From contig CACJCN010000003.1 in assembly GCA_902591925.1 (NCBI GenBank), positions 145,825-209,824 on the forward strand: a stretch of DNA of 64,000 bases, in the 5' to 3' direction. This document shows, one piece after another, positions 1 through 9,637 of this stretch. Position 1 is the first letter of the stretch. Each line of letters begins with the position of its first letter. The notes below the pieces were generated by a model. That model was given only the letters and a program-made list of their open reading frames with translations. It was not told the origin of the DNA and made no database searches. This DNA is from an uncultured SAR86 cluster bacterium (GTDB lineage: Bacteria; Pseudomonadota; Gammaproteobacteria; Magnimaribacterales; D2472). Both the position numbers and the translations under genes were made by a program.

Positions 1-47
1 GATCCATCAAAATAGAAGTTTTTTTAATTTAATAAAATAACTAGATA

Positions 48-380
48 ATGAAATATAGCAGGCAAATATTTTATTTTTCACTTATTGTTGTATTTATATT
101 AAGCACCGTAAACGCTAATGACATTCCAAGATTTAATTCTTTATCTATGTTGTCTGATAAGTTAGTTCATTTATCAATTTATGCATACCTTTGCTTTGTT
201 GGTTTTATATGTAAATTCAAAATTTCTAATTTGACCTTAGCTATTTATATTTTTTTATTTGGGGCGTTTATCGAACTAATACATTATTTTCATCCAAATA
301 GGTATTTTGAGTATTTTGACTTACTTGCAAACCTTTTTGGAGTTACAATTGCGCTTCTAATTAATAAGTTAAAAAGTTAA
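48..380 (+). CDS. VanZ-like small membrane protein (tentative)
   Basis: 110-aa hydrophobic ORF. The DKxxH...ELxH...D..AN..G pattern resembles the VanZ family. Assigned by eye only. Confidence 0.45.
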   Translation: MKYSRQIFYFSLIVVFILSTVNANDIPRFNSLSMLSDKLVHLSIYAYLCFVGFICKFKISNLTLAIYIFLFGAFIELIHYFHPNRYFEYFDLLANLFGVTIALLINKLKS

Positions 381-387
381 ATTGCCT

Positions 388-414
388 ATTGATTTATATT
401 TTTTAGCCCTTAAT
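388..414 (+). promoter_or_regulatory. Putative sigma-32 (heat-shock) type promoter of groESL
   Basis: aTTGAt (388-393), a 13-nt spacer, then CCCTTAAT (407-414), compared with the E. coli groE pattern CTTGAA-N13-CCCCATNT. Lies 43 nt upstream of the groES ATG. The -10 match is only partial. Confidence 0.35.
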
Positions 415-456
415 TATTGGATAAGATAAATTTAAGTAATTTATATGGAGAGATAA

Positions 457-744
457 ATGAAATTAAGACCATTACACGACAATGTTCTTGTAAAAAGAAC
501 TGAAGAAGAGGAAACATCATCAGGTGGAATAATCCTTTCAGGTTCTGCAAAAGAAAAGCCTTCTCAAGGAGAAGTTGTAGCAGTTGGGCCTGGAAAGGTT
601 TCTGATTCAGGTGAGTCAGTATCTATGAATGTATCAGTTGGTGATACAGTCATTTTCGGCCAATATGGTGGTAATGAAATTAAGTTAGACGGCGAAGAAT
701 ATCTTATTTTAAGTGAGAGAGATATTTTCGGCGTTGTTGAATAA
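457..744 (+). CDS. groES: Co-chaperonin GroES
   Basis: 95 aa starting MKLRPLHDNVLVKR...GGIILSGSAKEKP, typical Cpn10. Lies directly upstream of groEL. Confidence 0.97.
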   Translation: MKLRPLHDNVLVKRTEEEETSSGGIILSGSAKEKPSQGEVVAVGPGKVSDSGESVSMNVSVGDTVIFGQYGGNEIKLDGEEYLILSERDIFGVVE

Positions 745-765
745 ATTATAAGAATAGGGAGATAA

Positions 766-2412
<1,647 letters not shown>

Positions 2413-2429
2413 TACGACCTTTACTCAAA

Positions 2430-2456
2430 AAAAACGGGGATTTATCCCCGTTTTTT
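2430..2456 (+). terminator. Rho-independent terminator after groEL
   Basis: Hairpin aaaacgggga / ttta / tccccgtttt followed by a T-run. Confidence 0.85.
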
Positions 2457-2514
2457 ATTAGATTTCAATTACTATTTCAATTAATATATAACTACACACT
2501 TTAGAGGAGTTATT

Positions 2515-3150
2515 ATGGATTTACTAACTGATCAAGCTTTTTTTAGATCATTCCATATTCTTTTTGGAATAGCATGGATTGGACTTTTGTATTATTTTAA
2601 TTTTGTTCAAACTGAATATGTGAAAGTTGCAGATCCTGATGCAAAAGCAGACGTAATGAAAAAATTAGCTCCAAATGCGCTATGGTGGTTTAGGTGGGCA
2701 GCATTTTTCACTTTTTTAACAGGCTTGATCCTTATTCATCAAATAACAGCAAGAATTGGTACAGAAATAATACTAGGTGTGACAATGGGAACAATAATGA
2801 TGCTCAATGTATGGGGAATTATATGGAGAAATCAAAAAATTGTCCTTGGTATGAAAGATGGTGATGTAGCAACTGCTGCTGCAAAAGCAGGCTTAGCATC
2901 AAGAACAAACACATTATTTTCTGTTCCTATGCTGATGTATATGGTTTACTCGGCTCATGCACCTGGTTCTTATTTAGTTTTAGAAGATTGGAGTAGTTTA
3001 AGTCTTATTATCGGTCTTGCTATAATCTTTGTAATTGAAGCTAATGCTATATGGGGCAAGATGCTTCCAGTAATCGCCAGCGTAAGAGCAGTCATAACAT
3101 CCTCTTTTGTTTTGGCAATAATCTTTAAATTAATTACTGATTTTTTATAA
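2515..3150 (+). CDS. Integral membrane protein (COG3748 / PuuD N-terminal-like, tentative)
   Basis: 211 aa with several TM segments. The N-terminal HILFGIAWIGLLYYFNFVQ motif is recalled from urate-hydroxylase-type membrane domains. There is no cytochrome c part. Confidence 0.45.
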   Translation: MDLLTDQAFFRSFHILFGIAWIGLLYYFNFVQTEYVKVADPDAKADVMKKLAPNALWWFRWAAFFTFLTGLILIHQITARIGTEIILGVTMGTIMMLNVWGIIWRNQKIVLGMKDGDVATAAAKAGLASRTNTLFSVPMLMYMVYSAHAPGSYLVLEDWSSLSLIIGLAIIFVIEANAIWGKMLPVIASVRAVITSSFVLAIIFKLITDFL

Positions 3151-3165
3151 GATTCATTGAGTTTT

Positions 3166-4431
3166 CTAGGGAGCATTAGCTCCCTTTTTTATTTTAATCT
3201 TTGAAATTAAATTTTCGTCTAACTCGAGAATTTCAAATCTATAATTATCTATCTCAATACATAAATTAGCCTGAGGAATTTGATCAAGATATTCAGTTAT
3301 TAACCCATTTATAGTTTTTGAGCTTGTTTCAGGAATTTCCCAATTAACATAATTATTCAAATCTCTTATTTTAGAATTACCATCAGTCAATATAGACCCA
3401 TCTTTCAATTTAATAAATTCTCTTTCAAGCTCCTCTTTATCACCACCAAATTTACCCGTAATTTCTTTAAAAATATCTTCAACTGATATTAGGCCTTCAA
3501 TCTCTCCATATTCATCAACAACAAGAGCAATGCTTTGATTACTAGCTAAGAACTCCCTCAATTGTTTCATTAGCAATGTTGACTGAGATACAAAATAAGT
3601 TTTTTGAAGCAATTCATTTATGTCTTTTTGCTCATTAAATTTTTTAAGAAATGCATGAGAATCTTTTAGATGAAGCACACCTATCATGCTATCAATAGAG
3701 TCTTTATAGACTGGTAGTCTTGTGTATTCAGTTGATTGAATAATTTTTGTTGCATTTTGGTAATCCATATTTATATCGATACCAATTATTTCTGAAGTAG
3801 GGATCATAATATCTTCAACAATCAATTCTTCCATACCAAGAACTGAAGAGAGCATTTTTCTATATTGTTTTGGAATTAGGTCTCCAGATTCCTCAAGAAG
3901 TGTTCTAAGTTCTTCGGTATTAAGATTCTCATTTAATGTCGCGTCTTTAGCGTCTAATTTAAATATTTTTAGAATTTGCTTACTTAGGAAGTTTGTAAGA
4001 AATATCAAAGGTTTAAAAATGTATACAAGAATATTTAATATAAAAGATGATCTAGTTGCAAAACTCTCAGGTTTAATAGCAGCCATTGTCTTTGGAGTAA
4101 TTTCTGAGAAAATTAAAATCACAATCGTTAAGATTATTGATCCAAGAACAACGTTTCCTCCGAAGTAATTAAGCATCATTATAGTTACAATTGCCGAAGC
4201 TAAAATATTGGCAAAATTATTTCCAACTAATATTGCAGAAAGCAGCTGATCAGGTCTTTTCAAAAGATCCAAAGCTCTTTTAGCACTAGTTTTAGATTTT
4301 TTTGATAAGTTTCTTAACTTAATTTTATTCGCAGCCATCATTCCAGTCTCCGAACCAGAAAAAAATCCACTAAGAATTAATAAAAATATTAGTGTTGAAA
4401 AAAGAACTATTAACGAAGGATCTTCTTGCAT
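3166..4431 (-). CDS. CNNM/HlyC/CorC-family transporter (YfjD-like: DUF21 membrane domain + CBS pair + CorC_HlyC)
   Basis: TM N-terminus, a CBS-like middle region and a CorC C-terminal region. Start chosen at MQEDPS (4431), which overlaps the upstream stop as TAATG. The ORF-track start at 4482 is probably too long. Confidence 0.85.
   Translation of the reverse strand: MQEDPSLIVLFSTLIFLLILSGFFSGSETGMMAANKIKLRNLSKKSKTSAKRALDLLKRPDQLLSAILVGNNFANILASAIVTIMMLNYFGGNVVLGSIILTIVILIFSEITPKTMAAIKPESFATRSSFILNILVYIFKPLIFLTNFLSKQILKIFKLDAKDATLNENLNTEELRTLLEESGDLIPKQYRKMLSSVLGMEELIVEDIMIPTSEIIGIDINMDYQNATKIIQSTEYTRLPVYKDSIDSMIGVLHLKDSHAFLKKFNEQKDINELLQKTYFVSQSTLLMKQLREFLASNQSIALVVDEYGEIEGLISVEDIFKEITGKFGGDKEELEREFIKLKDGSILTDGNSKIRDLNNYVNWEIPETSSKTINGLITEYLDQIPQANLCIEIDNYRFEILELDENLISKIKIKKGANAP
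3168..3191 (+). terminator. Rho-independent terminator after 2515..3150
   Basis: Hairpin agggagc / atta / gctccct followed by a T-run. It overlaps the last codons of the convergent minus-strand gene. Confidence 0.6.
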
Positions 4432-4997
4432 TACGAACCAACCAAATATGAATTCATGTAATACGCACCTAGGACAGCCCACATTGATACAAATAGGCTT
4501 CTAGTTGCATATTTAATTGGGAAATTTGCATATTGAACGCCAATAAATGTTATTAAGAATATAATCCAAGCAATGAATGTGAAAATTGCTTTAAATAATA
4601 GATTAGCAGTAAAAATAGTTTGCAAAGTAAATCCTGAAACTAAAGCTAATGATAGAAAAATTAATCCTATTCCAAGAAGCTTAAATACGATTTTGTAGTT
4701 TCTTTCGACAGAGAAAGGATCAATGTTTATTAACTCACCTTTTTTAACCTTTCTTACCTTCCTCTCAAGAATAATAATTTCATTGTAGGCAATAAATATG
4801 AAAAGTAGGCTTAATCCAGTTACCATAAAATGAATAGTAGGCATAATACTTATAATTTCATAAGTCGCCAAATAAATTAAAACATATGAAAATGCTGCTA
4901 TAAATCCAGCAAAATACAATGATTTTTCTTTTTGATAAAAGAATCTAATAATAAAGTATATAACTATACTTATAGTTACTTGGGCGATAAAACTCAT
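4431..4997 (-). CDS. Polytopic inner membrane protein, YpjD / cytochrome-c-assembly-family-like
   Basis: 188 aa, all TM helices. It is translationally coupled to the CorC-family gene and lies next to rpsP, as for ypjD-yfjD in E. coli. The call is based on synteny. Confidence 0.5.
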   Translation of the reverse strand: MSFIAQVTISIVIYFIIRFFYQKEKSLYFAGFIAAFSYVLIYLATYEIISIMPTIHFMVTGLSLLFIFIAYNEIIILERKVRKVKKGELINIDPFSVERNYKIVFKLLGIGLIFLSLALVSGFTLQTIFTANLLFKAIFTFIAWIIFLITFIGVQYANFPIKYATRSLFVSMWAVLGAYYMNSYLVGS

Positions 4998-5100
4998 TAA
5001 AAATTAAGATTAATTAAAACTTTGCATAATAATACTATCAATATTAGCAAGGTTACCCTAAAATACACATCTTTTTAAACAAATTTAAATATTTTTTAGT

Positions 5101-5757
5101 ATGGTAATAATAAGATTAGCAAGGAGTGGGGCAAAGAAAAATCCCTATTACTTTATAACTGTTGCTGATGAAAGACGTCCTAGAGACGGAGCATTTATTG
5201 AAAGATTAGGTTTTTTTAATCCAACAGCAAATGGGCAAGAGGAAAGACTTAGAATTGATCTTGAAAAAATTGATGAGTGGGTATCAAAGGGTGCACAACT
5301 TAGTGAAAGAGTTAGTGCGCTAATTAAAGAAGCTAAATTAACACCAGAGGAATTCGCAGCAAAAGTTGAAGCAAAAAAGGCTAAAGCTGCTGCCAAAAAA
5401 GCTGCATTAGCAGAAAAATTAGCAAAAGAAGCTGAGGAAGCTGCTGCTGAAGAGGCTCCTGCAGAGGAAGCACCTGCAGAAGAAGTACCTGCAGAAGAAG
5501 CACTTACAGAAGAAGAAGCTCCAGCCGAGGAAGCACCTGCAGAGGAAGAAGCTCCAGCCGAAGAAGCTCCAGCAGAAGAAGAAGCTCCAGCTGAAGAAGA
5601 ACCTGCAGAGGAAGAAGCTCCAGCTGAAGAAGAAGCTCCATCCGAAGAAGCTCCAGCCGAAGAAGCACCTGCAGAGGAAGAAGCTCCAGCTGAAGAAACA
5701 CCTGCAGAGGAAGAAGCTCCAGCTGAAGATGATTCTTCAGAAGATGAAAAAAAATAA
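5101..5757 (+). CDS. rpsP: 30S ribosomal protein bS16 with a ~138-aa C-terminal Ala/Lys then (E)EAPAEE repeat extension
   Basis: The first ~80 aa ([41 protein letters not shown]...) match canonical S16. The ORF continues in frame to 218 aa. Confidence 0.9.
   Translation: MVIIRLARSGAKKNPYYFITVADERRPRDGAFIERLGFFNPTANGQEERLRIDLEKIDEWVSKGAQLSERVSALIKEAKLTPEEFAAKVEAKKAKAAAKKAALAEKLAKEAEEAAAEEAPAEEAPAEEVPAEEALTEEEAPAEEAPAEEEAPAEEAPAEEEAPAEEEPAEEEAPAEEEAPSEEAPAEEAPAEEEAPAEETPAEEEAPAEDDSSEDEKK
5446..5730 (+). repeat. Imperfect 15/18-nt coding tandem repeats (EEAPA / EEEAPA units)
   Basis: Three perfect copies of the 29-mer cctgcagaggaagaagctccagctgaaga at 5602-5630, 5668-5696 and 5701-5729. Confidence 0.9.
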
Positions 5758-6265
5758 ACAAGTTTGTATTGCCAACATAGGAAAACCTAGAGGTCTTAAG
5801 GGAGAATTTTTCCTAAACTCATTCTGCTCTCCAAAGGAAAATATTCTCAACTATATTGATAATATTTTTATAGATAATGAAAATAAATTATCAATCGAAT
5901 ACATTAAAAAAATTAATTCAAAATTTTTAGCTAAACTAAAAAACATAGATAGTGTTGATGAAATTAAAAAATACACCAACATAAAGCTTTATATTTCTTC
6001 TGAAAATCTTCCTGAGCTTAAATCTGAAGAGGTATATTGGCATGATTTAAAAGGAATGATCGTAATTGGACTCAATAAAAATGAAATTTTAGGAGAAGTA
6101 AAAGAACTTAATAATTTTGGCGCTAATGATTATTTAATAGTTAAACCTACGCCTGATTCAGTTGATGAAAAAGAAAGACTAATACCATTTATAAAAGAAA
6201 AATTTATAGACTCTATTGATAAGAAAGAAAGAGTTCTTAAAGTTTATTGGCAAAGCGATTATTAG
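5744..6265 (+). CDS. rimM: Ribosome maturation factor RimM
   Basis: [10 protein letters not shown] motif and position between rpsP and trmD. ATG 5744 or ATG 5729 are both possible starts, and both overlap the rpsP 3' end. Confidence 0.88.
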   Translation: MKKNKQVCIANIGKPRGLKGEFFLNSFCSPKENILNYIDNIFIDNENKLSIEYIKKINSKFLAKLKNIDSVDEIKKYTNIKLYISSENLPELKSEEVYWHDLKGMIVIGLNKNEILGEVKELNNFGANDYLIVKPTPDSVDEKERLIPFIKEKFIDSIDKKERVLKVYWQSDY

Positions 6266-6266
6266 A

Positions 6267-6998
6267 ATGAATATAAATGTTTTAACAATTTTTCCAGAAA
6301 TATTTGAAATTTTAAATTCTGGTGTGATTTCAAAAGCTATGAAAAAAGACATATTGTCAATCAAACCTTTGGATATAAGAAAAAACGCTACCAATAAACA
6401 TAAAAATGTTGATTCAAAGCCATACGGAGGTGGGGAAGGCATGGTTATTATGGCAGAGCCATTGATTAAGACTATTAAAAGTATTGATAAAAGAAAACTT
6501 GGACCAGTTATTTATATGTCACCACAGGGACAATTACTAACTCATAAAAAAGTGATTTCATTATCTAAACTCAAAAATATGACAGTAATATGCGGCAGAT
6601 ATGAGGGAATTGATCAACGAGTCATTGATAACTATGTAGATGAGGAAGTATCAATAGGAGATTTTATTTTGAGTGGTGGAGAGTACGCAGCAATATGTTT
6701 AATTGATGCAATTTCAAGACATTTACCTGGAACTCTTGGAAATAAGGATTCATATCTGAAAGATACTTTTTCTAATGGATTACTTAAAGAAGATGTTTAT
6801 GCAAAACCTGAAATTTTTGATTCTAACAAGGTTCCTGAAATATTATTATCCGGAAACCACGAAAAGATAAATGCATGGAAATCTGAGATGTCATTACTTA
6901 AAACATTTAAAAAAAGACCAGATTTACTTAAAAAAATAAAACTAACAAAAAAACAAAAAAAACTCTTGGAAGAATGGTCATCTAAGGCTATCCTATAG
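6267..6998 (+). CDS. trmD: tRNA (guanine37-N1)-methyltransferase TrmD
   Basis: MNINVLTIFPEIF...CGRYEGIDQRV...SIGDFILSGGE. The ATG at 6267 is 1 nt after the rimM stop. Confidence 0.95.
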   Translation: MNINVLTIFPEIFEILNSGVISKAMKKDILSIKPLDIRKNATNKHKNVDSKPYGGGEGMVIMAEPLIKTIKSIDKRKLGPVIYMSPQGQLLTHKKVISLSKLKNMTVICGRYEGIDQRVIDNYVDEEVSIGDFILSGGEYAAICLIDAISRHLPGTLGNKDSYLKDTFSNGLLKEDVYAKPEIFDSNKVPEILLSGNHEKINAWKSEMSLLKTFKKRPDLLKKIKLTKKQKKLLEEWSSKAIL

Positions 6999-7017
6999 CC
7001 CTTTTTAGGCGAATATT

Positions 7018-7923
7018 ATGAGTGATAGTAAAGAAAACAAGAAAAAAGGTTTTTTTTCCCGATTATTTGGCGGCTCATCCGCGCCTGAAGAACCAAAAAA
7101 AGAAGAAACTAGGATAGAAGATACTAGAGAAATTCCTACAAAATCAGCTCTTAACAAAATGAAAAAAGCTGACATAGTTGCGGTAGCAAAAGAAAATGGA
7201 CTTGAACTAGATATCAATCTAACAAAAGCAAAATTACTAGATGCTTGGGATATTCATTTTAATGAATCACCATCACCAAGCGCAGTTGATGATGCAGCAA
7301 CAGTAATGGCTGAATCTGCTGCTAGTCAAAAAGAATCTATTGCCGAAGATACTTCAGCCGAAGAAGTAGCTCCTGAAGAAGAAGCAGCTACTGTAGAAGA
7401 AGAAGCACCTCCTGTTGAAGAAGAAACACCTGCTGAAGAAGCACCTCCTGTTGAAGAAGAAACACCTGCTGAAGAAGCTGCTCCTGTAGAAGAAGAAGCA
7501 CCTGCTGAAGAGGCAGCTCCTGAAGAAGAAGCACCTGCTGAAGAGGCGCTTTCAGTTTCTTTAGAAGAGAAAACACCTTCTCAGATAATCAATGAATTTG
7601 AATCAAAACAAATGAAAACTGATCTTCCTGAATTCAGACCAGGAGATACTGTTGTTGTATCTGTGAAAGTTAGGGAAGGAGAAAGAACAAGATTACAAGC
7701 TTTTGAAGGGGTCGTGATGGGTGTGAAAAAAGCTGGACTAAACTCCTCTTTTATAGTGAGAAAGATTTCAAGTGGAATCGGTGTTGAAAGAACATTTCAA
7801 ACTCATAGCCCAATGATAGATTCTATCCAAGTAAAAAGAAAAGGTGATGTTCGTCAGGCTAAGTTATTTTATCTTAGAGAAAGATCTGGTAAATCTGCAA
7901 GAATTAAAGAACGTCTAGATTAA
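7018..7923 (+). CDS. rplS: 50S ribosomal protein bL19 with a ~186-aa N-terminal extension
   Basis: The C-terminal 115 aa ([24 protein letters not shown]...RLQAFEGVV...ARIKERLD) are canonical L19. The ORF is open and in frame from the ATG at 7018. Confidence 0.9.
   Translation: MSDSKENKKKGFFSRLFGGSSAPEEPKKEETRIEDTREIPTKSALNKMKKADIVAVAKENGLELDINLTKAKLLDAWDIHFNESPSPSAVDDAATVMAESAASQKESIAEDTSAEEVAPEEEAATVEEEAPPVEEETPAEEAPPVEEETPAEEAAPVEEEAPAEEAAPEEEAPAEEALSVSLEEKTPSQIINEFESKQMKTDLPEFRPGDTVVVSVKVREGERTRLQAFEGVVMGVKKAGLNSSFIVRKISSGIGVERTFQTHSPMIDSIQVKRKGDVRQAKLFYLRERSGKSARIKERLD
7352..7545 (+). repeat. Coding tandem repeats (acidic P/A/E/V units) in the rplS extension
   Basis: Perfect 36-bp tandem duplication gcacctcctgttgaagaagaaacacctgctgaagaa at 7405-7440 and 7441-7476, with degenerate copies flanking it. 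Confidence 0.9.
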
Positions 7924-7927
7924 TAAA

Positions 7928-8815
7928 ATGCAAACGTCTAACAGGGAAGATTCTAATCTTAGGTCTTTTTTGAATTATCTTTTAGTAGATAAGGGACTTT
8001 CCAATAATACAGCAAAAGCTTACGAAGCCGACATCTCATCTTTTTTTCAATGGCTGGATAATGAAGATCTTAAATATAAAAATCTTCAAGAGGATCATAT
8101 TAATCAATATATATCATTCTTATTTCAAAGGAAGATGAGAAGTTCCTCAGTTAATAGAAAAATATCATCAATCAAATCTTTTTATATATTTTTAGTTAAA
8201 AGAAATTTTGTAAAAAATTCTCCACTAAACGACTTAGTTACTCCAAAGCAAGAGAAATATTTACCAGAGTCTATGTCAGAAGCTGAAGTTGATAAATTAC
8301 TTAACAGTCCCGATGTCTCAAATAAAATTGAAAATAGGGATAAGGCAATGATTGAAATGTTATACGCTACAGGTATGAGAATATCTGAGTTAGTAAATCT
8401 AAAGATGACTGATGTTGATATGAAAAGATGTGTAGTAAAAGTTTTTGGGAAAGGATCTAAAGAGAGATTAGTTCCTTTTGGAGAAACAGCTCTAGATTCT
8501 TTGAGATCATATTTAAATGAAAGAGAGCAATCTTCATCAAAGGAAATTTTTCTTTCGAATAGAGGAAAAAAAATGACTAGAGTTGCATTTTGGCAAAGAG
8601 TGAAGGTTTATCTTATAAGAGAGAATTTAAAGAATTCCATATCTCCACATACTTTAAGACATGCGTTTGCAACACACTTACTAAACAGAGGGGCTGATCT
8701 TAGATCTGTTCAACTTCTTTTGGGTCATAGTGACTTATCAACCACTCAAATATATACTCATATAGCAAAACAAAGGTTAAGTGATGTTCTTAAAAAACAT
8801 CATCCAAGAGGTTAA
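7928..8815 (+). CDS. xerD: Tyrosine recombinase XerD
   Basis: 295 aa with HTLRHAFATHLL and LLGHSDLSTTQIYTH catalytic motifs. The xerD-dsbC-hom-thrC order matches Pseudomonas. Confidence 0.88.
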   Translation: MQTSNREDSNLRSFLNYLLVDKGLSNNTAKAYEADISSFFQWLDNEDLKYKNLQEDHINQYISFLFQRKMRSSSVNRKISSIKSFYIFLVKRNFVKNSPLNDLVTPKQEKYLPESMSEAEVDKLLNSPDVSNKIENRDKAMIEMLYATGMRISELVNLKMTDVDMKRCVVKVFGKGSKERLVPFGETALDSLRSYLNEREQSSSKEIFLSNRGKKMTRVAFWQRVKVYLIRENLKNSISPHTLRHAFATHLLNRGADLRSVQLLLGHSDLSTTQIYTHIAKQRLSDVLKKHHPRG

Positions 8816-8816
8816 T

Positions 8817-9635
8817 ATGCTTAAAAATTATTTCGCATTTTCACTTTTATTATTAATTTCACTAAATACTTTGTCGCAAGGTACTATAAGTGAAAATAAT
8901 ATTGATAGATGTAAACATGAGAATTGTTACAAAGATCAAATTGAAAAAATTATTTCTCTAATTCTTCCAGAAGGCTCACAAATTGAGTCTATTGAAAAAT
9001 CAGAATTTCCAGGCATTTATAAAGTTTATTTTGGTGATTTGCAGCCAATTTATGTATCTGAAGATGGAAGATATTTTTTATATGGTCAAATGTTTAAGAT
9101 TGATTTGCAGACAGCAAACGTAGGTGCAGATTTATATGGATCATACAAAAGTCTTGAACCTACTGTAAAAAATTTAACTGATTTGGACATGTTTGAAAAA
9201 AGACGATCATTGATGAAAGAAATTCAGGAAAGTGAATTAATAACCTTTAAAGCAGTTAACGAAAAGCATAGTTTAACTATTTTTACTGATGTAGATTGTG
9301 GATATTGTCGAAAATTACATAAGCAAATCAAAGAATATAATGATTTAGGCATTAGCATTAAATATGCTGCATTTCCAAGGTCAGGTTTGGGAACTGATAC
9401 ATTTACAAAAATGGTAGGTGCATGGTGCTCAGAGGATACAAAAAAAGTTCTTACTAGTCTAAAAGATGGAAAGGAGCCAAGGTTAGATTTTTGTGAATCT
9501 CAACCTGTAGCAAAACATTATGCTATTGGAAAAAAAATAGGTATTACAGGTACTCCAGCAATTATTACAAATGAAGGTGAACTTTTACCTGGATATTATT
9601 CACCACAAGATTTACTTAAAAAACTAAAGAGTTAA
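8817..9635 (+). CDS. dsbC: Thiol:disulfide interchange protein DsbC
   Basis: Signal peptide MLKNYFAFSLLLLISLNTLSQG and a CGYC active site (DVDCGYCRKLH). The ATG at 8817 follows the xerD stop. Confidence 0.85.
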   Translation: MLKNYFAFSLLLLISLNTLSQGTISENNIDRCKHENCYKDQIEKIISLILPEGSQIESIEKSEFPGIYKVYFGDLQPIYVSEDGRYFLYGQMFKIDLQTANVGADLYGSYKSLEPTVKNLTDLDMFEKRRSLMKEIQESELITFKAVNEKHSLTIFTDVDCGYCRKLHKQIKEYNDLGISIKYAAFPRSGLGTDTFTKMVGAWCSEDTKKVLTSLKDGKEPRLDFCESQPVAKHYAIGKKIGITGTPAIITNEGELLPGYYSPQDLLKKLKS

Positions 9636-9637
9636 AA

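Noticed and set aside
1-4. The window starts with GATC.
   Set aside because: This is probably a cloning or window boundary (for example a Sau3AI/MboI-type insert end) and not a biological feature. It cannot be evaluated from the sequence.
381-456. CIRCE (HrcA) operator upstream of groES.
   Set aside because: No TTAGCACTC-N9-GAGTGCTAA-like inverted repeat is present. Only a partial sigma-32-type promoter match was found.
5504-5761. An 85-aa minus-strand ORF (Leu/Gln/Pro repeats) opposite the rpsP tail, and a similar one at 7388..7576 opposite rplS.
   Set aside because: They are the reverse-complement reading of the GAA/GCT-rich coding repeats, and open frames are expected from the repeat composition alone.
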